64,000 bases of DNA from Oculina patagonica. Its lineage: Eukaryota. The stretch spans positions 11,966,001 through 12,030,000 of the forward strand of contig NC_135769.1 in the NCBI RefSeq assembly GCF_052425735.1. The letters are read 5' to 3'. A model generated the notes under the pieces. It searched no databases, was not told the DNA's origin, and saw only the letters and a program-made list of their open reading frames with translations. Below, one piece after another: positions 26,367-40,100 of the stretch. The position numbers and the translations under genes were made by a program. Positions within the stretch are counted from its first letter, which is position 1; each line of letters begins with the position of its first letter.

Positions 26367-26710
26367 GGAAAAACTAGTATCATCTTTGCAGTCTGAGAAA
26401 CAAGTGTCGTTTTTGGTTAATCGCTATTGAAGCGCTCAACGAGTTTTGTACTCAGGTGGCATTTGTTCCCCCGGCTGAACAATGTTTTCCCAGGGAAAGA
26501 TCCTGGGATATGCTAGGAATTACAAGGTGGTGCTCTAGTTTATAGCTTGAAGTTTTAACATAAGGGAATGTTAAATTCGCGAATGGCATGGGTGTACAAA
26601 ACAAGTCTTGGTATTTGCTTACAAATACTGTAATAATTTAATAATAATTTAATAATAAGTCTATTTGTAATAACGACTGGTAAAGGAAAAATAAAAGTTA
26701 AATGAATGAA

Positions 26711-26717
26711 GATGATA

Positions 26718-26773
<56 letters not shown>
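26711..26773. repeat. (GAT)n microsatellite
   Basis: Direct reading. Confidence 0.95.
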
Positions 26774-26774
<1 letters not shown>

Positions 26775-28156
26775 GTGAAAAAATTGCGCTAAAAAAGATG
26801 TCTGATCTTTGGACTTTCTGAATGTTTCACGTGGCGTTCAAAGTAATAAAAACAAAGAGAAAAGGTAAACTAAGATAGCGCTGACAAAGACACGATACGG
26901 CAAGAAAGAAAAAAGAAGACATAAAAATTTGTATTTTATTTATTTCTATATCTACTTGATTATTCTTGTTTTTCCTTTCTATTTACAACCACTTATACTT
27001 TTTATAATAACTTTTATGAGAAAGAAACGCAACAGTTCTTAAATGAAAAAAAAAAAAAGTATTCCCTCGAACAATAATCCAGTTCGTCTAATTGCCCGCA
27101 AAGATAACCGTCCCTTGCCCTGTCAATTCAAAATGTTCTCATCGATTTGCTGAAACAAGTTTCATCACTTTTCTTTTCTTCTTTCTGCCCACAGATAAAA
27201 ACTTGTTTATACAATGTTGTTCCCTTTGGGAGTAAATGATAAAAAATTACCTGGGCTATTATTTAAGGAAATACGGTAGAACTGTTTATTTCTTCTCTTT
27301 CTCGTCTCTCCCTTACATTCTACTCTTTTAAAATTCTAGAACATGTTACGAATGCTAGCTACAGAGTTAGAAACATGATTCCTTTAAATCTCTTAACTAC
27401 GTTAGTGATAGCTTTCGGCAACAAATAATTTAAAAACGGAATTAAAGGAAAGCTTCGTCGTAGTTGGCGGCTTAAGAAATTTTTAGTTTCTTAAAATCAA
27501 AATCTTTCAAAATGTGAGACAGAAGACTTTAGTGAGTGTACTGACCGCTGACAGCAGTGTTCGTAGACAAAAGCCAGTATTTCTGCCCGCTAGTATGACT
27601 TACAACCGTCTCCTCCCTCCTCGCTTGATGCGTGGTGCGCGTGGAGTTATGGGAATGACAAAACGCGATGGCGCCTGGGGCGAGGGCAGGCTTTTGTCAT
27701 GTTCTAATCCTTTTGTCAAAGGATTGCAACTTTATCTAAGCTCTAACTGCCTTACTGACAAAAGAAAGGACGGAAGTCCTCCTTCTAAACATTTTGGAGA
27801 GTGGGGAACCGCTTAAATGTTAAATCCGAACACTGACGATCCGCTGGAGGCGAACGCCTTTTATGGAACTGCTTTTGAGTACCACCGCGTTACGCTGTAA
27901 AAATAGCTCCGTTTGAACTGAACTGAGCTTGAATCATTTTTTTTTTCACCTTGTCTAATGCCAATTGTCGATTGGCAATGACATTAAAATGGCAAAAAGA
28001 AACTGTCGATGGCATAAGCATTATTAGTCTGCTTTTTTTCTCTCTTTTCTTTCAAGAAAAGTTGTCACTAGAAATTTAAACAAGAACGCTATCCATTTGC
28101 ATCAGTATAAGAAAAAGACATACAAAACTCACACAAGAACTTCGCCTAGACCTGTG

Positions 28157-31100
28157 TTATGATAAACCCTCGAAATCCCCGCCGAGCCCAGCGTCTGCTT
28201 CAAGCATGTTCATAAACACAGACATCGTTTCTTCGCTTTGTTCCATTGGAGTTTCCATAGACTCGATGGCATTCTGCATTCCAATCAACTGCTCCAACAA
28301 ATGCGCCTGCGATAACTGCTGCTGATTATCCACACTTGCACCACCCCCGTGAGAGCCCAGTCCCCCGACTGACAAGGTTTTTGAGCCACCAGGCGCGTTG
28401 GGTGAAATATCGTCCATATTTATCGTACTTACACCACCCGACCCATCCATGTTTAACGAAAGGTCCTCATTTGATCTGCTATTCGTATTGGCTCTCATTC
28501 CAAATTGGGATTGTCTGGAAATTGATGAAACAAGAATAAATAAAAAATGGTGATTTAATATATGTTGTTCTTAACGAAGTGGGAGGGCTGATAGCCAAGG
28601 AAAACCGTACCCGCCCCACCACGCCCCTCCTGGAGGGAAAGGGAGAGAGGTAACGGGAGTGAGGTTCCCTCCCGTAATTCTAGGGCGATTGGGCACGGCT
28701 ATGTTGTAGGTTAAATTGGTTTTCAGGTTAAATCCGTTTCCAACCAAAATTAATCTGCTTTAACCTGATGATACCAATTTAACAATGACATAAAGTAACT
28801 TAAATTCATTAAAAGGAAGTCCAATAGATTGTTATTTTCAGGTTTGAACAGATTGAACTTGGCTGGAAACGGGTTTAACCTGAAAACCAATTTAACCTTA
28901 AACAGCTACACGTGGATTAGAACACAGAACTGTCTGTGTACAAACGAGGCCAACATTCTCCCATATAAACCGAAAAGAACAAACCAATGCACACAATTTT
29001 TAAGAGATCACCTGCCCTTGAAGCATGTGAACCCTTATGGCATGTGAGCCCTTATGGTAGTTGACCTCTTATGGTCGATGGCCCCTAACCGCATTACCGA
29101 AGATGGTCCATTTCTGTCAGCAGGTGACCCCTTACAGTAGGTGACCTCTAATGGTAGGCAGGCGGCCCTTTACGATAGATGTATCCCTGAAAGCAGGTTG
29201 GTTACCACTTGCAGCTGGTAGGCAACCTCGTAAGGCAGAGAGGTGGCCCCTTACAGGAGATAGGTGACTCCTAAGCCCCTTATTGCTGTGTCCCTTACTC
29301 AAATGAAGGAGAGCGTCATGGATAGTATGAGATAACGGAGTAAGACTTTGATAAAGGATAGTCACATACTTGTCTTGTGTCTCCTGGTTTTGAACCTCCT
29401 CAGCTACCATGGTCCCAATACGGCTTGCTCCCATGTTTGTCCTAGTACTATCAGCGTCACCAATTTTTTTAGCAGTGGAATTTAATCCTGGATGGAGTAA
29501 AATAAAACCATTGGCCCAAATCATTGAATGCTGACTGATTTAAACATAATTTATTATGTATTTATTTTGTTACACACGGTTAAAGTGACTCCGAAGAATA
29601 CCCGATGGCTTGCAAAGATACCATAGATGATTCAATCACTTTCAGAAATTGCCAACAGATGTCACACAACAAGGTCAGCAATTATTTCGAACAGTCTGCC
29701 AAGGATTGTCAAAGATCACCCAGTTGCTCGAAATTTTACAAAAAAGTTGCTTGAAAGTTGCTTCAAAAATCCAAAAAGTTGCTTTTTAGTAAGCAATTCC
29801 TCCAAATATAAGCTTATTTCCCCTTGAAGGTAAGATTTTTTCATGCAATTTCACTACAGCAGATTTAGCATCTTACTATCTAACTAACATTTTAAGGCTA
29901 AAAATGGTTGAATTACAAGGTTTTCTTTTACTGAGAAAAATCATCAAGATATCGATGACATCATTTTTGCTAATGCTAAATGAGCAGAAAGTTGAAACAT
30001 CTTTAAATCTTCCACCTTTGGCAAACTTCGTTAATCTTCGGAAAAGATCGAAAAATGTTTGGAAACGTTTGTATGGCCTTCAAACAACACTCGGACAATC
30101 TTCAGAAATCTTCAGTTTAGAAATTGCTCAGAATGCAAGAAGTTGCTCGAAATATGAAAAGTTGCCAAAAAGTTGTCTGGTAGCTTATGGACAGCCTTAA
30201 CCTCAAGTGTTGAGCACACTTATTTTGCAACAAGTAATCAAGTGTTTACCTGCATCTGTTGGCTGTCTCTTCTTCAAAACTTCCAACACTTGCTGAATAC
30301 CAGACTGACTAGCACCCATACTGCCGCTTTGAACAGAAGAGGCAGACCCCACTCTGCCAGTAAGTTGGAGAGCAGTCTGCAGATTAGGTGCAATAGGGGG
30401 TAAAGCAAGTGATTCCAAATCCCTGGAATTAAGACAATATCCATAATCATATTTATGAACAGCATTCCATGGGAGGATGGGTTCGTGCCACACTATTGTG
30501 CAAGTGAAATTGGTGAACATGAACAGCTATTTTAAAAAACATTTTTACAATTTAAAAACGATAGAATTTTCACCCCAAGTACATTATTCCTTCTTGGGCC
30601 TTCGTTCAATCACTAAAAAATTAAAACTACTTTTGTTGCTCAACAAAAGTTACATTTTATTGTAGCGTGACAGTCACAACACGATATACATGTACGATAC
30701 TCCTGAGCACACAGTCATCCCCCAGGGTCAATTACTGTCTTGTTTATAACCCTTTGAAAAGAACGTTAGACATTTCTGTTTTGTAGATCTTAAAGAATTC
30801 AAAAAATATAATATTATTTCTCTCTTTCGGTTATACTCGTATTAGTCCTTTCTAACTGACTGGGTTTATTTTGCTTTGTCTTCTATTTGGCAATTTCTTC
30901 TTGAGTTACACTTGATTTCTGTCTATATGTAAGAGCCTTTAATTTGCAATTTCAATTTAATCCTATTGAAAGGGTTTCAAAAACAGCTTTTCACTAGTCT
31001 TGTCATGGCTAGAATGTCAATGTAAGAATGTTAATGCAGATCTGTATTATCTTAAATCTGTTTTACGCCAACGGCAACTGTAAATCATTCAGATTTCAAT

Positions 31101-34100
31101 CTAAGAATGGTTGGTAAAAGTGAAGAACACCTCCCAGAAAAACCTGCCAGCCAACCTGTTTGCTGACTGTCAGCCGACAAGCCAAGTGGCCAACAGTAGG
31201 CTGGCCAATGGTTTTTGCACGCAAGAATGTAAACATGTTGACTGACTGTTGGTTATACGTCGGCAAGTTGTTGGTTGCCTGTCATTTTACTGACCACTTA
31301 AAAGTGGTCAGTAAAATTTATTTTGAACAAAGACATCTTTATTTAATAACATTTTCAGCAAATGCAACGTGAAAGCAAAATTACCAAAATCATGACTTTC
31401 TCTCGGAACTATCTTGGGGTATACTTTGGCTCATGAAACATTATCCTTGTGGCTTCGTTCGACAACGGGTGTCCAGCGATCAGATTTGCCATATTCTATG
31501 GCACATTATTTGAAAAGAAAATAAACTTTGACCACAAAACCATGGCTAAAAGGAATACTTCCTAACTTGGGACATATCAGTTTCCCTGAATGCACTGAGT
31601 CACTAAAAAAAAGTACACACATACATGTACAAACTGTACTCACGTTACAACTGTGTTGATACAGACAAGAAACTCCAGCTCTTTTGACCAAGGGTTTCTA
31701 AAGACAGTTGATTTAGTTCTGAGTGGAATCCAGTGACCTGCCTTGCATCGGAATCTATAAGGAGGATCTGATGTTACTGTTTCACCCTTAAGTGTCTGCC
31801 GATGTGCCACCGCTATTGAATTCAAATCCTCTTGGTGAAAATATTCATAGCCTGAACTTCCTATAAGTTCCTGCGGAAGATAGCCAGTTATGGCAGTTGC
31901 CCTGAAACAAGAAAAAGAAAGTTCCTGGTTTGTATAGTTCTTAAGAAATGTTCAGGTACTTAATCGCATTGCTCGAAATGGGTGACAATAAAATTGATTC
32001 GAGAAAGCTAAGGTTATTGTTGTTGTTGTTTCTCTTGCTTGTCCCTTGTGGATTGCAACATTTCGACTGCTTCTATCAGGCTTCATCAGGCATCAGACTT
32101 CTGTGACTAAAAAACTTAGCGCAACACTCACTCTATACCTACCCTGGGTGCCAGAGGTTTTTCTTGTGCGGTTTCCGGTATCGGAGTATCCACCGCGTGA
32201 GAGAAAAATCGTCTGGTACCCAGGGTACTCTGTACCAAACCACTTCCTAGCAATATAGGGTGCATAACGTACAGAGAGCCAGCCTTAGCAAAAATAGACA
32301 CATTTTAAGGTACACCACAATTTACAACAATACAGCTATAGACATTAATACTAATTACAAAAAAAATAGCTTGGATGTTTTCTACTCACCGCTGATCAAC
32401 AAAAATAAATTTGCCATCTAGACCATGCCGTGAGACAAACTCTTTTGCAATTCCTGGTTGTGAGTAATCTGTCGTTTCATCGTAAATTGTTTCTACTCTT
32501 CCCACTGCTACAAGGCAACTAAGATTTCTAGATTCACTGTCCTCATCATCATCATCAAATGAAGAGCCTGATGGTGGCCATGATTTTAAATAACCTGTGC
32601 AATGAACTAGACATGCCAAAAAATAGTTAATTAAATTGAATGGACTTCTAAAGAAACATGAATCATGTTAATCATAACTATAACAAAATTCTCGAATTTG
32701 ATTGGTTCTTTAGCATACCCTTTTTTTCACCAATTGGAGTGTGGGCTGCTAAAGGGTCTGTAAAAAAGTGTCCAATTACAAGTTGTCCAATAACAAAGTT
32801 TGCGTGCTGCGCAAGCACACGCTCTTTATTTGTTTCCTCATTGTGACTGAATACCCCTTGATATTCCCAAAACCTTCAGTTTTCAAAATGGCTTTTTTTG
32901 TCAAAGTGAGGACAAATCCTCAACAGGATTCGTTTGTCTAAATTTTTTCTCAAATTTTGATATACTTGTGATTAATTGGCAATAGGACATTGTGTCGTCC
33001 AATTCTCTCAGTAGTCATACTCATAATTAAACAAATCGGACTCCCGCTACGCCGTCATCTCATTTTGTTAATCACTTGTGTGACTACAGGCCGACTTGGA
33101 CTTCACTTAGTCCTATTACCATTATTTATCATCCTGCGATAGATACATCCGTGGAAATAAAATACCGGATGACCGTCACGGATCTACAAAAGAACTACTC
33201 AATAGCTTTAGAGTTTTTGATATTCAAATTAAAATATGCCTTTCCCCGTAAAAATGACCTATATCTTCTATGCCACAACCTAAAGTGACTCCCAACCTCC
33301 TAGAAGTAAGATATGAAAGAGACATACAGTTTTGTTAAGACAAAGACTGGTACAAAAAATTCATTATGACAAGAGGGTAATTGTTGCCAAAAGGGGAGGG
33401 TGGAACAAAAACCGGGGGGGGGGAGTAACTTACAGTAACCAGTAGCATAGCAGCTCTCGCTTGTAATTTATTGAGCAGTTGCTATTATTTTTCAGTTGCG
33501 GGAGTGTGGATATATTCTCGATAGCCCAATGCTTTTTCATGTCATTTGTCATTGTTAATGACTGGCCACTTGAGAGAGTAATAAGAAAGTTACATATTAT
33601 AAATTTGTTTTCCCTAGGACCTCAGAAATGAAAAAAAAATAAGTGCTTCCTTCAGTACCAGTAATTAAGTGAATAATAGAGACCTTTAGATCCAGGTTTG
33701 TATGTGAAGATTTAATCACAAGCTTTGAGCAAAATTCTAAAAAAGATGTATCACAGGAAGCTTTTTTCATCTTTTTAAGCAACAAACAAGATCCTGTTAG
33801 TTGAGGAACCACAAGCCATTAAATGACTGTACACATTAAGCTTGCCTACATTGTACCTTCTGAGAACTTGATTTTATCCACTACAACTTTTTCAAATGGT
33901 TTTGACACTTTTTCCGCTAAATAACATGTACACCCACTATTTTACAACCGAAAAATCTTGTACTCATAGTTGAACTTGTGCTCGGATCTTAAGGTCTCGA
34001 AAGATGTTTGATACACTCACCAACAACATAAGGCTTCTTATCTGGTTGTGCTGCTTGCTTGGTTTTGTTTTTTCGTTTCATCAGGCACGGCTCAGGGTCC

Positions 34101-37100
34101 ATGCCGTCCTTATTCTTTCCTTTGGAACCACACTTCATGCGGCAAAAGAATGACCTCCTGGCCCCAGAACACAATCTTGTTGGTGTTGGTTGATTCTCGG
34201 TTTTAAGTGGAAGACCAGTTTTTGCATCAATCAGCCTTTCCCGAGGTGTCGTGTCTGAAGATGACAACTGCTCCTTAACCTTGTTGATGTCTTTTTGGTG
34301 CACAAGATCAAGGAAACTATGCCCCACAAGGTCAGACTGTAAATACAAACAAAAACAGATGTATTCACATGAAAGTCAACTAACATATTTACTCGAATAA
34401 CAGCTGCGGTGCTTAATAATTTTTTTGCACCTCACTAATACAGCCCTAATTCGAGGGCTGCACTTATTTGATGGTAGTGCTTATTTAAAAAATGACATAC
34501 AATGCATGCAGAAATGATGACATTTCACAAGGGGTCTTACATAATTATAAGGAAATTTGTCAAAAATTTAACGAAAACAAAAGTAGCTGACACCTTGTGC
34601 GTGAAAATTAAGACTGTTTTCTAACTGGAGCTTACATTTTTTACACATAAGAAGTAATGATAGTGAACATGGCGATTTCTGTTCGATCGCGCCAAGCAGA
34701 CAACAGAGAAAAGATCCCGTCGACCGTGCCATGGCATAAAGGGATGACGTAATCACCCACGTCAGGGGGGGGAGGTGCTTATTCGAGTAAATATGGTATA
34801 CACTGATAAGCATAACATAATAATAATAATAATAAAGACTTTATTTAATGAGGGTAACATAATTTACTGGTGGCCCAGTAGTTTACAATATGGCCCTCCC
34901 TAATTAATTACATAATACATACTTAACTACATATTATAAACCTAACTACATGTTATATACTTAAGACAGTGATAAAGATTTAAACTTAATTCAATACAAT
35001 GAGAACTAAAAAATGTTAAAAAATGGGACTTGTGAAAAATAGTCTAGTTTATTGAGACATTAGAAAAATAATCACACATTAAATGTAATACGGTAATGAT
35101 GTGCATAGAGAAAAGTCCTGATAAAATTAAAATTCATAGAGCTGTTGTTTTTGTGGGTTGAGCATGTTAATTACAGGATGTAATGATTTCTCCCAGAGAC
35201 AGGAGTACCTGTCCTTGCTGTGTTCTGAGGGTTTCCTTCTGGCTTGATAAAATTGATAACAAAGGCATAGTGACTTGTGATACAAAATAAAATTGTTTTT
35301 TGATGGTAAAAGGTTTCGGAAAAGTAAACTGACATTGCGGCATTTCTTCCTTTATCAGGGTGAGCAAAAAATTGAGTAACAAAAAGTTTTTTGCTCACCC
35401 TGATGAAGACAGCAATGCCGAAATGTCGATCCAAAGGTCTGGTGCACTAGCCATCAGGTGGCCACACCCCCTACAGCTAAGAAATTACTCAAAGAAATTC
35501 ATGAACTCACAGGAGTCTGGTTCAAGTAGGTTTGAATGGAATCGGATGCATAGAGAAGACATCCTCTGTCACAACCAACAACAAATAGAAAGCCATCAGC
35601 TGCCTCAAGAATCAGATTCTTTAAATCCTCATCAGATAAGAAAGCTGGTTTGTAGTTTGTTTCTGTAAACGGGTCAAGTGCCCCTGAAAAATACAATGTC
35701 AAAGTAGCTTTCAGCTGGTAAACAGGTTAAGTCTGCATTTGAGTCAAGTGGCCCAACAGGTTGGCAGCAGTTTCTGTAGCGTATAATTATATGGAGTCTT
35801 TGAACCCCCCCCCCCCCCACACACACACACACACACACACACTAGATCAGGTGTAGTTCATCGCAGGGTTACCCCCAGCATTAAATTCACTGATACCTAT
35901 TTAAACACCTGGGTGGAGAGAGGCCCTATGAGAGTTAAGCGTCTTGCCCAAGAACACAATGCAGTGACCTGGCCATGGCTTGAACCCAGAGCCGCTTAAT
36001 CCGAAGTCCAGTACACTAACTATCAGGCCACATTGCCTCCCAATTGGTTGAGAAGGACAGGAAAAAGTATGGAGAAGGCGGGGCACAAAAAAGGAGAGGG
36101 AGGGGGAGGCAAGTGTGTAGGGGACAGGGTGCAAAAGTGGAGAGAAGAAGGGATGGACAAAGAAGGGGAAAGGAAAGGACAACAGAGTGTACAACTGTAA
36201 ATGGGAGAGAAAGGCGACAAAGTGAGTAGGGGGTAGGAGGAGGGAAAAGGAAAGGTGAGGAGGAGGGTTTGGAAAAAAGTGTTGGGGGAAGTGGGATCAG
36301 AGTGTGAGGAGGAGAAAGAGAACCCAACGTGGGGAGTGGGAGGGAGGCAAGATCTGGAAAAGGAAAATTATTTCATTAAGGAGAAGAAAGTGATGAGGGT
36401 GAGGGGACACTTACTGGGAAGCTTAAGGGAGTTAGGGGAAGGTAAAGTAGGGAGAAAAGGTGGCACAAAGTGGGGAAGGTAATACTGATAGGAAAGGGGT
36501 AAGACGGGCACATAATGAAGAGGGTGCAAACAACATGAAATGACAGAGTGGACAGGGAACAGGGCACATGGGGGAGAAGGGAAAGGAAGTACAAAGTGGG
36601 AGGATAAACACCCCTCTGTAACAGACCTGGTGAAACCCGACCTAGTGGGTTATTTTGCCCTCCCTGGTGGAAATTTGACCTCCCTGGTCCCTGGCGATTA
36701 TCTGAAAAATCCCTGGTCGATTTTATTTCTCCCCGGTGAAGATTTTTGTTTACCTGGTCAGGAAAAATCAACCAAAATCTTTTTGCTGGCTTGACAGAAG
36801 AAAACGACGCGCGGCAAAGAGGTAATTTAATAATTGACTGTAAGTTGATGTGAAAATAGAGCAAAAAGAAATTGTTAACTTTTACCATTGTTTTTGTCGC
36901 TTGTTCTGCTGTCATGCACGTCACTGAAGAGACAAAACAGATATGTTTCCTTTTCTGTATGTATTACGATCTTCAGAGCAATTTGAACAGCGCGCACGGC
37001 CCTAGATAAATGTGTGGAAGTATTTCAGTTTCACCCGGCTTTTTACAGCGTTTTATCGAATAACTACGCAGAGGATAATCAGCTTGACCGACATAACTCT

Positions 37101-40100
37101 TGGTGAGTATTAAGCGGCTTTTTGACGTCAATAATGCAGCCTTGAGCAGTTTGAGAGGCGCTTGATGTATAAAATATCATGATTAACTTTGCAGCCCGCT
37201 GGCACAATGTGATGTAAAAAAATACGCCAGTTATTCAAGTACATTCAAGATTATTCAATTAAGTGGCGTATTACGGTAAATTTTAATTACCGTAAGCTGC
37301 CTCAAATTGTAAGTACTGTCTAAATAGTACTTTGTGTAGCTTTTACCTGCATGAAACTATTGATGCCTAGCTGGAGGCCGGGGCTGGAGGACAGCAGTCA
37401 TTAACACCTATTTTTCGTTGCTCGCTAAATCCAAAAAAAGGGACAATTTATTCGACAAGTAAAAAATATAAGCAAACGGTTTTCTTATTTGGTTTTTTTT
37501 ATGCTTTGACCTTCTAAAAATGAATCAACGAATAATGGCCGGCATATTGAACATTTTTCAACTTCAACGGTAAACGGGTGACACAGTTTAAATTTAGGCG
37601 GGCCCGTGCTTGGCAGCCTCTGGATCTGCCTCTTGATGCTAAGCTCTTTTGATAATAAATATTTATGTTATTTACCTGCTGGAAAAGAAATTAAACTTGT
37701 ATTCAGATTATCAGGGCTTGATAGACGTTCCAACTAGGGAGTCGAGAAAATGATCCCACGAATAGTTCTCCCAATTTCTTTGAAACATTATCGAATATCT
37801 GGCTGAATTAACGATTACCTAGACTTTTTCAAAGTCCTTCGACGCACAGTTTAGGAATTTTGAGTCGTAAATGTATGTTTTGGCGGGTGTAATCCGTCCA
37901 GCGCAAGGTTGGTTGCCTGGTGAAGCGCGTTTCCCTTCCAAAAATAAGGAGCTTTAATTTTAACTAAAAAGGTCTAGAAATAATTGTGGGTTTTTTAGGT
38001 TTACTTTAAGGTGCCTAGTTGCATATGAAACTCCCTTCAAAACGCACGAAATGTGATTTCGGCCTGTCTAATTTTTCAAAATTTCCCGGGGAGGCATGCC
38101 CCCCTGGACCCCCAGTAGCTTACACCTTCAGCGTTCACACGATTGCATCTTGCAGATCTTTGGCGCTCTGAAGAACCGTCGTTTCAAATCCTGCCTACAG
38201 GCCTGCTAAGAACTGGAAAAGTAACATGCATCAAAAGGAAGTGTAATCATTTTAAGGTGATGCATGACGTCAGTCCATCACCTTATATCATAAGGTTATT
38301 GGCGGAATTTGCTCTTCTGTTCGTCATCGCTTCTGCATGCATTGCGTGCCTTGTATGATACTCTGACGGACCAAAACGTGCGAGAATTTCAGAGGATTTT
38401 AGGAATATAACCCCGGCGACTGCTTCAAGTCCAAGGGTGAACTAACAGTGTCAATAGTAGGGTGACTCATTGCGACAATGATTTGTTAAATTTCACCCAT
38501 TGCGGATCTAGTGACGGTAATGCACTGTTCGATACAAAGAACGCTCGGGGATCGCAAAACGGCCCGTTTGCCGTATAACGCGAAGGCTTTAAAGGCTTCT
38601 CATACGAGAAATTAAGTTCGATGCCTTTATTCGATTCTGTTTCTCCTTTGCCAGTTTTCTCCATGCAAGAGCAGGATACAAAGAGTACGTTACTTCAGTT
38701 GTTTACGTACAATGCGAAAAAAACGACGGTGTCATCTACTGTACAGCCGTTAGGCGACATCGGTGCGGAAAATTGTACACGATTACCCCGCTAAGTTTAT
38801 TGCATACTGGGTCACAGAGTTTTGCATCAATAATTGGTTAGATTCAGTTTAATATATCATCACCCCTCCCTGGTGAAAAAAAGTAATCAACCTGGTGGAT
38901 TTTTGACTTCCCTGGTCGATTCTGGTTGAAAACCTGGTGGAAAATCAGGTGTCACCAGGTCTGTTACAGAGGGGTGTGGATAATGGGGCACAGAGTGGGG
39001 AGATATGGAAGTGATGAAAACTGGGAGGGAGGGGAAACCATGAGAAAAAAAGGAAAGTTGCTGTTACCTTTCAAAGTCTTCATATGCTGCACAGCCATCC
39101 TCAAAACAGTCAGCTTATCCAGTTTGCGAGACATGGCATTACACATAGGGATCATGGTGGACAGTTCATTAATGTATGTGTTCATTTTGTCTCGCCGTCT
39201 TTTCTCAATCTCACTGTGATTAGGCCTGTTTGTACATTAAAAAAAACAGAAGTCAACAAATCATTTCATTTCAAAGGATTGAATTTTAACATCATGCCAA
39301 GTTGGAAATTAACATTAAACAATAAATCAACACTCACTTTGTATAGCCCTTTTGCCAGCTTTTCTTATTCTCATCTCCATCCCTAACAACAAAACAAACA
39401 ATTGACTTGCAATTAATAATTTAATAGGCTACATGTAAGAACCCAAGTTTCCTATGAGCAAATAGTCAACTAGCCTGCGCCGCCGACGAAACTAAATCCT
39501 GATTTAATCGATTTACTGACCGGGGTTAGGTTACATCTGCGGCGCAGGCTAATAGTCAACAAGGTGCAGCCAAGTTGACTATATCACATGTAGAAAATGA
39601 GGGCAAGTAGTCTAATTGTTTTACTACATCTAGAAAAGCAGCTGATTGCCCTTGACTAACGGCTCTGGCATTCACTAGCAGCTTTTCTAGACCTTGAAGC
39701 ATGCATTATTTTCATATAGAAAATAGAAAACCATCTTCTAGTAGGTTAATAGAAAACAGGGCGAGACAATCAGATTTGCAGATTTCCACAATCATAGTGT
39801 CATAATCAGTTCTCCTGCATAAAATTTAGACAATTATCTAAACAGACAAGTTCATGAGTGTCTGAGTGAGCAAGTGAGCAATTGTCAGTGAGAAAAGAAG
39901 TGTGTGCGACAATGCGATATGGAGGCAGGGAGGAAGCAAGAAAGTGAGTGAGCAAATGATTGAGTTAGCAACTCAGGGACAAACAGGCAAATGACAAGCA
40001 ATCTTGAATAAAATAAAATTTTACATGTATGTGACATGAGTGAGCGATAAAATTAATATCATGTGCTTCATGACAAAGAAAAACCTGTAGTCTCCTAAAA

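Noticed and set aside
25746-26396. ORFs of 216 and 174 aa
   Set aside because: Artefacts of translating the N gap.
26455-26545. Possible terminal amt exon after the gap
   Set aside because: No recognisable Amt similarity.
31506-31602. Possible extra cycle exon
   Set aside because: It would need an intron of about 40 nt, and the flanking exons already join in phase.
35960-36041. tRNA gene
   Set aside because: The A/B boxes are degenerate and continue into a SINE body.
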